A stretch of 64,000 nt of DNA from Laetmonice hystrix. Its lineage: Eukaryota. Of the stretch, positions 51,101 to 64,000 are shown in pieces (positions within the stretch are counted from its first letter, which is position 1; the number at the start of each line of letters is the position of its first letter). The translations under genes were made by a program, and so were the position numbers. The notes beneath the pieces are model-generated. The model saw only the letters and a program-made list of their open reading frames with translations, was not told where the DNA came from and ran no database searches. The DNA lies in contig OZ249436.1 of the NCBI GenBank assembly GCA_965235115.1, positions 18,168,001 to 18,232,000 on the forward strand, given 5' to 3'.

Positions 51101-54100
51101 TGTTGGTCTTTTGTAGATTTTTGTCTTTAAATTAATTAGTTAATTAATTAATTATAAATAAATTTATAAATTTATTTTAATTAATTAATTTAATTAATTA
51201 ATTAAATTATTGATTTAATAACTTAAAATCATAAAATATAATAATATAAAATGAAATATAAAAATAAATTATAAATTTATTTTATAATTAATTAATTACT
51301 TTAATAATTAATTTAAATACAAAAATCTTCAAAAGACCAACAGTTTAAGCTATTTACCACTTTCAAGAATTCTGTGGCAAATAATAAAAATATTTATGAT
51401 ATAAAAACAATGTACCTTGTATCTCGTCACAGCGTGAACTTTACTAAAATGGATATTATTTGAAAAACTATTTGACAGGGAAGGAAGTATGGAAGGGATT
51501 AGGGACTTAGTTTTCTTTAATGTCCAAGTTGTGCTTTATCAAGGAAAAAATATCACAATGCTCTTCCACCTTGGCAACATAGGCAAAATGGCCCCTCAAA
51601 ATGGGTCATATTTAGCGATCGGCCAACTTTGACCACTAGTGGCGCCACCTGTGTCTATTTTTAAAAGATTATTTTGGTGTTTGCATGCACCTCATATAAC
51701 CATAAATCAAATCCCCAAAGATCAAGAAGTTACAAGAAGGAACTTTTGCATGAAAAATGTTTGAATATTGAATTTTTTTTTCTCCGATGTGTTTTTTTCT
51801 ATTTTGGGGGGCATGGTGCTCCAAGGAATAGGCAGAGAATTAAAATGTTATTACTTTTTCCTGGTCTCTACATATTAAAGTTTCAGTGGGCAAAAATACA
51901 AGTTGCCAGCTCTTATATTTTCTGAATGGCGGCCCTCTAAAAACAGCTCAGAAAAAGAAGCGTTTTTTTCAGGGGTACCCCCACCCAAACTCATGGGGGT
52001 ATAACATGGGAACCGTTGGGAATTTGGAAGAAAAATTTCAGAAATGTACTTCAGATATATAGATCTAACTACATGCCAAATAAGAAAAAAATTGGAGATG
52101 GTCACCCGGGAGCCACTGGTCGATTTGACATGGAATGACCCTATTGATATATTTGGTGTTGGCACGGAATCATACCCAAATACTTTGTATGGTAAGAACA
52201 AAACTATACCTTGACAAGTGTCCAGGACGTTACACGACCATCTGATGAAACTGAGAAGAAATTCATGTTATTATCCAGGTCAGCCTTTTGCCAGCGCACC
52301 TGAAAAAGAGCAGAAATCTTAAATCAAAGATATACAAGAAAACTGAGTGAAATAGACTGAAGTACTCGCCATAATTTATTGTACATGTATGTTTAAGAAA
52401 CTTTGCAATTTGTCAGAATACAGATCCATTAAACAGATATCATAAACGGAATCAACAAAATTGTTACCTGCCAAACTGGGTCAGTATGTTTCCCAGTCTT
52501 TGCCGTGCTCTGGTACAGGGCTTCCTTACTCGGGTCTTTGATGTTGAAAACGCCAACACTTCCATCATAAAAACCTGCTGCTATCAGGTATGGATGCTCT
52601 GGGTTGATGTCCAGACACAGTACTCCACTCTTTGTTTCATAGATGAACTCAGGGAAGGACGGGTTCTTCAGGCTATAGTAGAGTATCAGACCTGTAGACT
52701 GCTTGGTGAAGTCGTCTGAAATATCACACGGAGAACCAATGCAATGTCAAAGACTGGCATCCTATGTCTTTTGAGACGTGGAATAGTCTAGGAGAGGGAG
52801 AGAGGCGATGGAGTTTCATTGATTCAGTTAAAAACAAATATATGTATACACAATAGGCATTGCTGGCATTACCCTTGTTGTATAGCTTTCATAATGATAA
52901 GAATAAGAGTTTGCTTTTCTTCATTACATACAGGTTCTATCTCTAAACGTCTTTTCTGAATTCCTATCTGTCATGGCTACCAGTACTACTGCAAAATACA
53001 AATATTATATGCAGAAAGACTAAACTTCTAAAGGCTCTTACATGATCCATGCCCCACAGCGAACATGTCCATGTACCGAGGGTTCCAACAGAGTGCAGTG
53101 ACTGCCAGTTTTTTAGCCTTTTCATAGGTAAACTTCCAGAGAGGCAACAGATTTCCTTCCTGATCGCGGTACTCATCAGAGACGTCTTCCCAGTATTTGA
53201 AGTCTGCAAAACATCGCAAAAACCTCTATTATCTATAGAGCAAAGTGTAAATGTTACTGATGTATACATCTCGGTAGTTAAAGGTCACGATAGGCATCTT
53301 TTTAAAACTTTATATTGGCCAAACAAAAATTACAAGTGCATCCTGCAGCCTCTAACTAAATAGTTTGCCCTGTAAGTTTCTATACGTTACTAAGTTGATC
53401 ACCTTGGGCGACGTCATCAAAGATATTCTGGTTGACCATCCTCTCAACGATCTTTGCTGACCGTGACACCTTGCTCACGTCATCACTCTGCAAGACATAG
53501 CCATATCATTCATACTCAACACTTTTGGGTGTAGGCAGCCTATAATAAACATACATATGTTTATGCTAAAACGAATAAAAGTTTTAAAGTTTTCCCCCGC
53601 CCCATGACAGTGTCAATCAGTCTTCACCCCCCACTCTTTTATATGTAAGGGCTACGGTGGTTGGTTACAGCCGTAGCCTCCAGTTTCTATGTATGCAGCC
53701 CTGTAGGTCGACAGTAAGAGTAAGAATTGAGACTAAAATAAACAACATCGGCCTGGAAGATCAGAGTCTCAGTTATCCGTCACAATAGAGAGTACACAGC
53801 CGTGACATTTGGCTCTATACGACCCCTGTTTACTACGACTACAAGTACTATGCAAAAATTACGGAAGACAAAACTCTAAAATTTCAAGATCCCATCGCCC
53901 TTAATGGGGGATGGAATAATAATAATTACCTTGAAAACTGGCCTGATCTCACAAAAGTTATTGCAGTACCGTATTATTATGATTTCTATTTAATAAATAT
54001 CTTAAGAGAAGTCCTCTTACCTGGCTGTCCACAACTGTTAGTTTCTTCTTTGTCTTCTCCTCTTCTTTGCGACCTGGCACTACCTTTTTCTCTTTATTCT

Positions 54101-57100
54101 TTTCCTAAAATTTGAAGAAAAACCCCCATGTTTATACAATTGTCCAGACTACTCTGTTTGGGTGTTCTACCCACTGTCTAGGTTGTGCCGTTCAGAATAA
54201 AAGTGCCGAAATGAAAAAGATTTTTTTCTATTTTTTTTGCAATTAAGTGAAAGGAAGAGATGCTTTCAAACTGCATTGGTGTACATTCTGTGTGCTCACA
54301 TCCTGGAAATATCATCAAACATTACAGCCCTGAGGCCCATAAACACTTTGCGACGAACTCTTGCAAAGTTTGCATTAGTTTGCTGTTACATCCATGTCAC
54401 TGACCAGTTTTGGCCAGCAACCATGCAGGTTATTACATACATAATCATTGTTGTCAATATCTCCCTTAACCGAAAAATATTCACTCTTTTCCTCTGAATA
54501 TGAACAGAGAGTACCGGTAAGACAACTAAGACGCTTGAAGGCAAACATCAAATTACATGAATGTATTTAAATGCTCAATGCATGTTGGATTCTTTTATAG
54601 TGCGACTTCCCAGTGGTCTGGTGTAATAAGTGTAAAACAGCATTTTAGAATGTTGTGCCGAAAGTCACACGGAAAATTACTAACGGGTGGGAGCTGTTAA
54701 AGTAAGGGGTACTAAGTAAGGGGGAGAGGTTCTGAAGGAGACGGGGTCATGACCTGCTTCCCCCTCCCTTGATCCACCCAGGTATAGGATCTCTATCTCA
54801 ATTTCTCAAGATGATACACAAAATGCTGTGGGCAAAATATGCATTTCTCTTTGATAAAAACGACTGCTGTAAGATTCTTAACAGCAGTGCAAGGACATAC
54901 CAGGAACTTATGCAGCAGACCAAAATGGAATTTCAAAACATTACTTAATTGTCTTGGCCATACAGGTAAAAGGAAATGATTAGCTTAATTTTTATAAATT
55001 TCTACAGATTTTTATAAACATTCAAATTTTACTGAGCAGAAACAGTTCTTATAACAAAGAGAGATGCATATATATAAAGGAATGAAGTAAAATGTTGATA
55101 TATAGTTCATTTTTTTGAATAATTTAGTAGTGTGTTGCCATTGAGAAGGTTTCTTGAGACAAACCTCATCATCACCTTGATCCTGCACATTTCTGAACAA
55201 AAAAAAGATGACATAACCTGTGTGAAACCAAAGATTTACGTTCACCCTAGAAACGTCTACAAAAGTACCCTTAACCAAGTTCGTTTGACTATTCGTAGCT
55301 TCATAGGTAGATCTCTGAATAAAAAACTATTTAACGTTGACAATTGTAGTATTCAACTAGACGAGTTAGTGGTATATTTTTTAAGTTTTGTTTCAACTCT
55401 GCCAGGTATGTGACCTGCCTTTCCCGAACAAACCTTGCTTAAACTAACATTCTTTCTAAATTAGAGAAAAAAGAAGAAGCAAAAATAGAAATACTTGGCA
55501 GAAATACCCGATGTCTAGTGCACTGGACCTGATACTTTTTATAACTTGACTGCTTGCAGAGGTCCTGATACCAATAGTATGTACTCTGGTTGTGGATTCA
55601 TGTTTACATTCTAGATCAGATCCATCTTGGAAAGAATTGAAAGGAACATACCATGTAAGGATACACCGTTGCAGGAATTGAAAAGAAATAGGTTGGTTAG
55701 TGCAGAATAGGACAAACATTTAGAATACATTAAAACACAAAACAGGTTCAGGAAACGTAGCAAGAAAAGAACAGATTATAGTATTGTTTTGATTATATTA
55801 ACAGACACGGAAAATAGATATAGATATTTCTATTTACTACAAGTAACTTAATAAGGGCATGTCTGTAATTACAGATACCTTAAATAAATGAAGAAATGAG
55901 AGAAATCTTTGATTACAAAACCTACTGTGACACCTCACATTACTTATTTAATGAAAGGGTTCCTATATCCTGATATTATACCATAATATATGTGCAAACA
56001 TGCACCTCACTTTCGGTACCAGGGTCGCGAGATCCACTTGCCCACTCACTCAGGTAAGGGCAAACATCAGTGGGGCTACTACATGTACACTACAAACCAA
56101 GAAGTACTCGGTAACTGGGCTACTAACCTTTGGCAGCTGTTTTGATTAACGAAGGTCTGTGTTGGGACTATCAAAATATTTTGGGGGAAAGTGCAATTTG
56201 CATGGCCAATAGTCCCGTGGGAGAGTAGGGGGTTCAAGCATCTCGCAACCCCTGGCCTAGATATTCAACAACGATTTCAATCACTTTAAAATAAAGATGA
56301 AATGTGAAAGACTGTTTTGTTTATAAGAGGGAGCTACTTTCATGATTGACATTTCCTTGGTAATCAACATAATTAATACTCCATGAAATCCATGATAGTA
56401 ATTTATATTCATATCACACGAGTGAAATCCGATATAGGTCACACATGTGGTAGGCAAGTACACCTTCATTGCATCTATAATAATTCATCAAGAAAACAAA
56501 TATAAAACAAACGCTTAAAACATGCTAAACTAAACAGCCAGTGGTCACAGTACAACAATTTGTATCCAGTTTTAACATAGCAAACAACATTTTCTTACAC
56601 GCCTGACATCACTCAAGCACTACATAAATGTGTATGCATGGATGAAATGTTTTAATTACCCGCTCCCCATATCCCATAACATCCACCACATCACTCATCT
56701 CATCACCCTGCTCCACCGAGTGGTTATCGGGAAGAGAAGTAAGTACAGTTAATTGAATATGCCAGGATGTACAATATCTACCACATGTGATATATAACAT
56801 TTTAGCCAAGGAGGGCCACTCACAATGGGATGGCGAGTGGAAAGTGGAGATTCCTTTACACCATTACAAAATCGTTAAGGTTACCTAATACAGTGGAACC
56901 TTGTTACAACAGCGTCCTTTGCTTCGTTGAAATATGATACATGTATTTCTTTATAATCAACGATCACCTATCAAATGAAAACTATTTATCTGCATTCCCA
57001 TAGTGGTTTTCTGAGATGTTGTTTTCAAAATAATTACAGATATATCAAAAGGAATTGTAGATATGTTCAAAACAATGGTATCTACAAAACAAAACATTTC

Positions 57101-60100
57101 ATCTGATGCAGCTTGCAAACACCCAGGAGTGAAAGGATTGATTTTGAGGTGTAATAAGTATGTAATCATTATGCATATTTTTTATGGAACTGAGGACAGG
57201 AAAGTTACTTACTACACAAAAAATATTATAGGAATATATGAATTTTCTAACCAAAATTACAGGAATATATAGGAGCAACTTTTGTCATTTTATAGGCAAT
57301 TTTTGCAAGATCAAGGTACAGGGTAACTTGTGGCAAATAAACACATTATTAACATTCAAGAAGGTCTCCACCACTCCTACAACCTTCCCTCACGACCACT
57401 TTTTAATATAAAGTTGATAAACGAGTATCAAATACAAACAGCCAAAATTTAATTTAACATTACCGGGTACCTTAGATGGATAATCAGCTTTGCGTAGTAA
57501 TATATTTATTACTTTTATCAGGAATTGAATCTATGCTTCTACAATGAAAACTCTCATCTCAGCACGTACTGCTGGCTTACAGAAATTTTCAAATATAGGA
57601 ATTTTCTCAAAATATACGAATTTATAAGATGGCAAGAAAAATATAGGCATTTACCGGGAGTATAGGAAATATAGGAGTGCTGGGCACCCCATTATTAATC
57701 TATTTATTTGCAAGGATAAATGAAACTGAAGCAAAGTTTTTCTGAAAAGTTCTGTTCTAACCAGTTTCCACTGTACTATCTCAGTTATATGTACCAAGGT
57801 AAACAAGGCTGTAAAAATCACGTGTCCGCACTGCCTGGGTCAGCCATGTGGACAACCCAAAACTGCTATACAGGTGTCCCTGTGGACAACCAAGTCCAGG
57901 TAAAAGCCTACACTCCTTCTGACCCTAGGTACTGTAGAACAATACTTGAAAGAGGTGAATCCACTAAGGAGATTGTCCTTGCAACGTCCATGCGATTTTG
58001 ACATCACCCTTATAATTTCACTGTGACTTTGAGATTAAAGGAGAGAACCCATTTCCAGAAACAGGGAAGGCCAGCCAGGAAAAATTACAGAGTGAAATTC
58101 CACCATTATAATGAAAAATCGTTCCCTGTGATGAATTTTGCACCTCAGCCTGTGTTGCAGTCACAGCAACAGCAACTGAGCAACCAACAGAACTGGGAAA
58201 CTTTTCACACCTGTAGTTTCTTATTTCAAAGTAAGAATTCTATTTGTGGCAATCTGGCCCAGTAAGTAAGAATGGCTTTCGCCTTGCCCTCCCCCTATAG
58301 CACTGTGAATGTCTTTTGGCCTGTAGGGAGGATCAGATAGGATCTTTTATATATAATAGCATCAGATGAGATCTTAATAGGAATAGTACCATGGCATAAT
58401 TTTAACAAGTTAATGTCAGAATCAAATTTTGTCAGTGACATTTAACTCTGAATATCTTCCAGCACCCACAAAAATAAAGGAAATCGTTAACTTTTAATGT
58501 TAGCCAGAAGTAAATGTTCTCAACTACATGTTAATATTTGTTGAAGCAATTTTTACAGCCCTGTACTACCTGATATCTCACAGAAAGAGATCAAATTTAT
58601 GTCTTTAGTGGTGGGTTTATAAATATGCATCATGGCTTATCCCTGACAAGGGTATATCTTGTCAAGAACACGAGTAATTCCTTAATGAGTGTGAGCACAA
58701 TTAATGCCATGAATTTCATAACAAAGGCACTATCGTTGGCAGATAATATCATGTTTTGAAATTTGGCATGTTATACATTACATAAAGCACAATAGGAAAT
58801 GATATACAAAGAAATGTTTAGTGCAGTAGGCCTATTTACTATTATTATATCACTCTTGATATACCATATATGAATAGTACCATTGCATAATTTTAACAAG
58901 TTAACGTCAGAATCAAATTTTGTCAGTGACACTTAACTTAGAAATAAATAGCAGATCTTGGGACCTTAAAAAAAGCTGTGTAGCATTACGCTTCTTCCAC
59001 TTGTTTCCTACTTATCCCTTTTTTGGAACCCTGATCCAAAAACAGTTCATGGTGGGAAGAGCTTATGGTCCCCTACTCTTTCTGGCGAAATTAGTACTTA
59101 TACTGCCATGGCATCATGGCAGTACTGTTCATGCCTCCAAGCAGACAATTTTTTTTAAAGGTCACAAAATAAAGGCCATATTTTAGGAAATAAAGGTTAT
59201 TTTGATGTTCTCTGGAGTATAATAAAGGTCCTTTTTCACTGGATGAGCAACCTATTGATGAGGTGGGTACTTACCTGACTGACTGACTTGATGACCCTTG
59301 ACTGGGTCATACTTACAGTTCTCTAATAGCCTTTCGTGCCTCGCTTGTGCATATTCTTGATAAATATTTTATTTGAACAGGATCTCACAGCCTTGGAGTG
59401 CACAATGATCAATTAATCGAAGAACAGAAATTTAAAAAATTTTAAAGGCTCTGTTCCATGGAATGATAAGCTCTTTTAACATTACATTGTACACGCAGCA
59501 CAGAAAACAGAAGGTAACAAAAATAAAGATTTCAAACCAAAAATAAAGTCATTTAAAGGTAAAAAAAACGGTTTAACGGTTTTAAAGGTTGCTCATCCCA
59601 AGAAAAAGGTTTTTAAAGGTTTTAAAGGTTCGCTTGGAGGCCTGTGATTTAAATATATATGTATATCCTGGTATACATATCGACACATTAGCCCGACATT
59701 CCCTACCTGTTTGTCAAAGTCTTCCTGGTAGGCATCAAATATCTCCCACTGTGTTACATTGCCAGAGAACGTCAGGCGTGGGGGTGGCTCCGTCGCTGTT
59801 CCACGTTCCTGGAGCAAAACTTCAAATATTACCATCTGGGCTCATAATTCCTTTACTGATGCCTTGGTAAAGTGAGATACACTATCATTTACTTGTAGCT
59901 ACATCTTGATTTACAAAACTAATTGGTGGTATAAAGATTTCCAGATTAAAACTTTTTGCTGATCAGGACCAGGTGAATATTGAAGACAGTCTTGGAAATT
60001 GCAAAAAATGCGTGGCATTTAACCAAAAATATGTCTACACTGCATTTCCCAGATATTAGCAATAGCACTAATTGGTATGCCAGTTTGAACTTTGATGGCT

Positions 60101-62416
60101 ATTATGTCAGTTTGTTTTTTAATAAAAGACGATTGTCAAATCAGTCAATTTAGCATGAACAAAAACCCTCTAAAAGAACAATTTCATTGCTCAAAGATGC
60201 AACAACATATTGACCTACCCTGAATGGGTTGTTGTAGGTCTGCGAGGCTCTCTCACTGAAGTTAAACTGGTTTGTTAGTTTCTTATCTCCAGACTTCTCG
60301 GTTGGTGCTGCTGATTCTGCTTCTCCCTCCTCTTTCGTCTGCATCCAAGGAACAACCAATTCAAAAGTTTCACATCGTTTCTGTAGCAACTGACACTCTG
60401 TTGTGCCTCCTGCCAAGGTAGCAGTTCATCTTAAATAGGGTTCCCATAGGTTGGCTATACTGAAATTTCATGACTTTTCCAGACCAAAAGTTGCAAATTT
60501 CATGACTAATTCCAGATAAAAATTAATCAAATACATTAAAATCCCCAAATTGTCCCCTAGTATGTCGTGGAACTTTACAATTTAGGCCTAACAGAAACAA
60601 TATGTGGTTCAGGAAAAAATTCAATTTTCATGACTTTTCCATGACTTGGCCTCGGCTTTCTATTTTCCACAGAGGACATTTAAAGGGGGGGGGACCCCTG
60701 CCCCAAAATATATTACCGTAGTATAGGTCTGGTTTTAGGGGCATGTGATATGTATACATGTATGCAATGAAATGTGTATCGCAGATTTGAATCACTCTCT
60801 CTTGACCAGCAAACACCTCCAAGCAGGCTCTTGCCAAACCATACCGTGATGCTTGTCTTGAACAGCAGCACATAGCCGGTATAATATTCCTAACATAACA
60901 ATACAAAGTAGGAATCAAGTCAAAGTGGCAGGGTACGCTTCAAATAGACTTCTGAGTGTAACGGCAATGTCGAGTGAATGGTCATTATGCGTTCTACCAC
61001 TGTACCATTACCTTTTAGTACCGAGTGTGACTGATAAACTTCCCCCTACCTCTATACATGGGCACCATACTATAATAATTTGCAATAAATACAAGCAGTG
61101 TTTCTTCCTTAATTGCTGGAAATCTCTTTGCAGATTTATAATTAACTTTTGTTCCTGGTCTAATTCATCTGTTAATCAACTGCTCCATTTCAGCGGAAGT
61201 AAGAAGACAAAAATGGACCAAAAACATGCATAAATTCCTATAACTGTATAAGAGTCTTGGTCTAAGTTAGAGTAAAAAAGTAGTTTTGATGAATGTTTTT
61301 GGTGTCTCGTCTTATTACACTGTGCATTTTCCTAACTATGTACCATCTATAAGAGATGCCATGCATTGTGCTTCAGTTTGTCAGCTGGTAAATAAATAGC
61401 CACTCTGTCCTTCTCATTGGACAAAATGTATACATACCTTTGCAATAATGGCTAGATAGGAATTTATAACAAATGTTGTAGACTAGTGGCACGCTTAATT
61501 TCAAATAAGCTGCAAGGCTAGGCACAGAATTGTCAATCATCTACGAAGCAATAGAGAAATAAGGTTGAGGATATACGGTACCCTCTTTTCTAAGTGTCCT
61601 ACAATTGTCATACTTACACTATCACTAGATACTGATTCAAGATCCAACTAAATAAATATAAAATATTCAAATCAAGTTCAAATTTTGTTTGTCTGAATAT
61701 AAAACATTTTGTTGTTTGCCCATAGATCTTATTACTACTTGTGTTACATAATACTGCTCATTATGAATTAATTTTTTTTACAGGTCTTACGGTCTGTACA
61801 TTGGTAGATTTAAAGGTATTCTTGAGAATGGCATTTATCTGTTGGTATATTTTACCAGTATATTTGGTTACCATCATGTGTTCAGGTGACAATTACCTGC
61901 ATTTAACTGGATAGTTCCATATAAAATAATACTAGAAAATTTTAAGGTTCAGTGAGGAGTGCATAAATACATATAAACTTGGACTTGCCTTTTTAAATCT
62001 GAAATTCTACTACAGAAACACCACTTTAAATTATGGAAAAGATATATCATCAACTTAGTAAGGAAAGCAAGAGCTCTTATTATGGAAGGGAAAAAGCTGA
62101 AAATGTTTTATTTACATGTATAAGGAAATGTAATCTATCACAAGCCTTTTGTGCATTTTGTTTCCAGTATATCAGATACCGTCCAAAATATACCGATACA
62201 ACCAACTTTAAGGTTGCAACACGACATAAGGACAAACAAAAACATACTGTTGACACGTTACATACATGTGACATCATAACCATTAAAAGCATTTTGAAAA
62301 CCGAAGTAAAATGTATGCTACAAAAAAAGACAAAGAAAGCAGAACCAGGAATAGCGGTGTTGTTTGTAGCAAGACACAAATTCTAATACCTCCTCCTCTT
62401 CTTGCTCAAAAGCATC
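42128..62416 (-). CDS. DNAI1: Dynein axonemal intermediate chain 1 (outer-arm IC78/DNAI1, WD40), 5'-partial. Exons: 62416-62390 (tentative), 60338-60219, 59808-59707, 54104-54021, 53487-53403, 53203-53042, 52715-52468, 52299-52210, 49927-49840, 48304-48159, 47922-47834, 47301-47202, 47010-46877, 46560-46509, 42253-42128
   Basis: All junctions GT-AG and phase-compatible; diagnostic peptides [146 protein letters not shown]...[10 protein letters not shown]. Confidence 0.95.
44625..45325. mobile_element. Non-autonomous DNA element with GATATCT subterminal repeats, in the last DNAI1 intron
   Basis: Clusters of (A)GATATCT(T)/GAATTGAA motifs at both ends (44625-44795, 45175-45325) around a unique core; ends approximate. 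Confidence 0.55.
49147..49428. mobile_element. Hairpin MITE with ~115-bp arms in a DNAI1 intron
   Basis: gtggcggcagca...cttggctacacattagtatgacgttagataggag...tatttgttatgaaa is inverted at ~49314-49426. Confidence 0.85.
50292..52141. mobile_element. 1.85-kb foldback/palindromic non-autonomous DNA transposon (Sola2-like)
   Basis: GGGTCATTCCATGTCAAATCGACC / GGTCGATTTGACATGGAATGACCC termini; 4-bp TSD TATT (50288-50291, 52142-52145); ~840-bp inverted arms around an almost pure A/T core at ~51125-51320. Confidence 0.85.
58381..58938. repeat. Pair of ~67-bp direct repeats (58381-58447 and 58872-58938)
   Basis: gaatagtaccat.gcataattttaacaagttaa.gtcagaatcaaattttgtcagtgaca.ttaact occurs twice. Confidence 0.9.
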
Positions 62417-62514
62417 CTGTTATGAAGTTAAGAACGGGGAGTGAGCAAAGGTGCATGCATTAATTAATGTCACCAAGGAGTACACAGGAGACGTTGACTG
62501 TACAAGTACAACAC

Positions 62515-62996
62515 TGACCCTGCCGGAAAGAGTACAATTTCTTATTGGTAAAGGCAGTTGGTATAACTGCCATCCGCCTCTGATGGTGCCACAGCGGGCG
62601 CAAAAGTATATATGGCTGTGCCCACCGCAAAAATAATGATGCATGCCGCATGGTACACACCCAATTTCAGACATTGGATGCCTCAAATCTGGATGCACAC
62701 AGGCAGAACCAGTCATTGAAGTTGCTTATTTTGTAGCTTACAGTACCACAAAGGTCAGTTCATTTGTAATAAAAATCCCTATACAGTAGTTCGAGTGTAA
62801 TTCTATTCATCTGTGGGTGTTTCTGAGTACCAGTACCTTTAACAAAACCCCTTGGTCATTTATATCATGTTTACAGAGCAACAGCCACACTAAAGTACAT
62901 AGGTGACCATCTGCTATTTGAATAATTGACCCTGCCGGAAATAGTACAATTTCTTATTGGTAAAGGCAGTTGGTATAACTTCCATCCGCCTCTGAT
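62515..62996. repeat. Pair of ~70-bp direct repeats (62515-62584 and ~62928-62996)
   Basis: tgaccctgccggaaa.agtacaatttcttattggtaaaggcagttggtataact.ccatccgcctctgat occurs twice. Confidence 0.9.
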
Positions 62997-64000
62997 TGCT
63001 GACTGCCAACCGTTGAGAGCCAGCCGTAATCTGGCCATATACAGGTTAACTGTTTGCGACAAGAGCTTGCAGTTGCAGAGAGCCGGTCAGTACACTAAGT
63101 CAAAACCATTACATCAATACTGTATTTTGATAGAAAGAACAAGTATTTCTGATTTTAAAACGGTACAAATATCCATGTCACCATGCTGACTTTTGTGTGG
63201 GCTGTCTGTGGAAAATGCACGTTACTGTCCATTTGCGTGCACCTAATCTAGGGGCCACCAGGGTAAACCCAAGGCTTTGCAAAGGCATTATTTCCCATAA
63301 ACCTAGGCTTATAACAAAAAAGTAACTACGGTGACATATTATAGATATCTTAACATTTTTTAAGTCAAACTACTTCTTCTTTGTATTGAAATGCATTATA
63401 TTGATATGTAATGGGTTTGGGTTGAATACATTGGTTACCATGGCAAGATATGGTGGGAGGTGCCGCACATGACCTTCTCTCCCTGTAAATTTTGGGCTTG
63501 CAATATTGGTACATTGTAAATTGAACTTTTACCATAAACCAGAGGATTCAAATGACATTGACAAGCATAGAGTTTAGGTTTGAGGGCTAAACCAACAATA
63601 TCTCTAAGACACCTGTCCAACATTTGGAAGCCCTGTCAAATCAATTTTTATTCTCTTGTACCCAAATGGACATGCTGGTACATGTTGTACTTTATGAAGT
63701 TCTGTCTAGCTTGTGAAAAGTGTATGGAACCGAGCACTTATACCTTGAGACACCATGTACGTTTGATGCTGGAATATTGTACATTAAATCAACAACAGCA
63801 TGGCCCAGTCTTCCAAAACTTTAGATCTTGCTTCTAAGCTTAAGCTTAAAGCAAACACCGACTATCTCTTATTTCAATGACTCCAAAATGCAGACATGGG
63901 CTGTTAGGTTAGATAAGACCTCAGACTACATAAATCAATAAATGTACACCCACAGAAATGGAAAAATCAAATGAAATTCAACATTCCAGTTGCCTGTTGT

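Noticed and set aside
55160..56740. Extra DNAI1 exons suggested by AG/GT pairs near 55190, 55620 and 56700
   Set aside because: Exons 59808-59707 and 54104-54021 already join in frame with DNAI1-like sequence; the candidates have weak sites or incompatible phase

Overview
This is eukaryotic (metazoan, most likely lophotrochozoan/mollusc-like; inference from gene content and repeat types) genomic DNA with spliceosomal introns, so the six-frame ORF track is mostly noise. Reading GT-AG junctions by hand gives six genes: (1) the last coding exon of a PITPNC1/RdgB-beta phosphatidylinositol transfer protein (+, 1138-1301); (2) a complete 3-exon PMP22/claudin-family tetraspan gene (-, 8105-9320); (3) an intronless type II membrane LicD-family phosphotransferase (-, 19920-20969); (4) a 5-exon PMF1/Nnf1 kinetochore gene (-, 23071-28932); (5) a single-coding-exon FKRP (+, 29997-31523) head-to-head with PMF1; (6) the 3' part (at least 14 exons) of axonemal dynein intermediate chain DNAI1 (-, from 42128; the 5' end lies beyond the window). 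The rest is dense with non-autonomous DNA transposons (PIF/Harbinger-, hAT-, Kolobok-, Sola2-, Helentron-like), a tRNA-derived SINE, a Gypsy pol fragment and a 36-bp minisatellite. Points worth follow-up: two divergent LicD-superfamily genes 9 kb apart; a 1.85-kb near-palindromic element in a DNAI1 intron; two candidate 27-nt microexons in DNAI1; a candidate alternative terminal exon behind the claudin-like gene; and an unexplained coding-like island at 35.4-37.5 kb with a 228-aa orphan ORF. No rRNA, true tRNA or CRISPR array was seen, and I cannot claim a demonstrably novel system from sequence alone.
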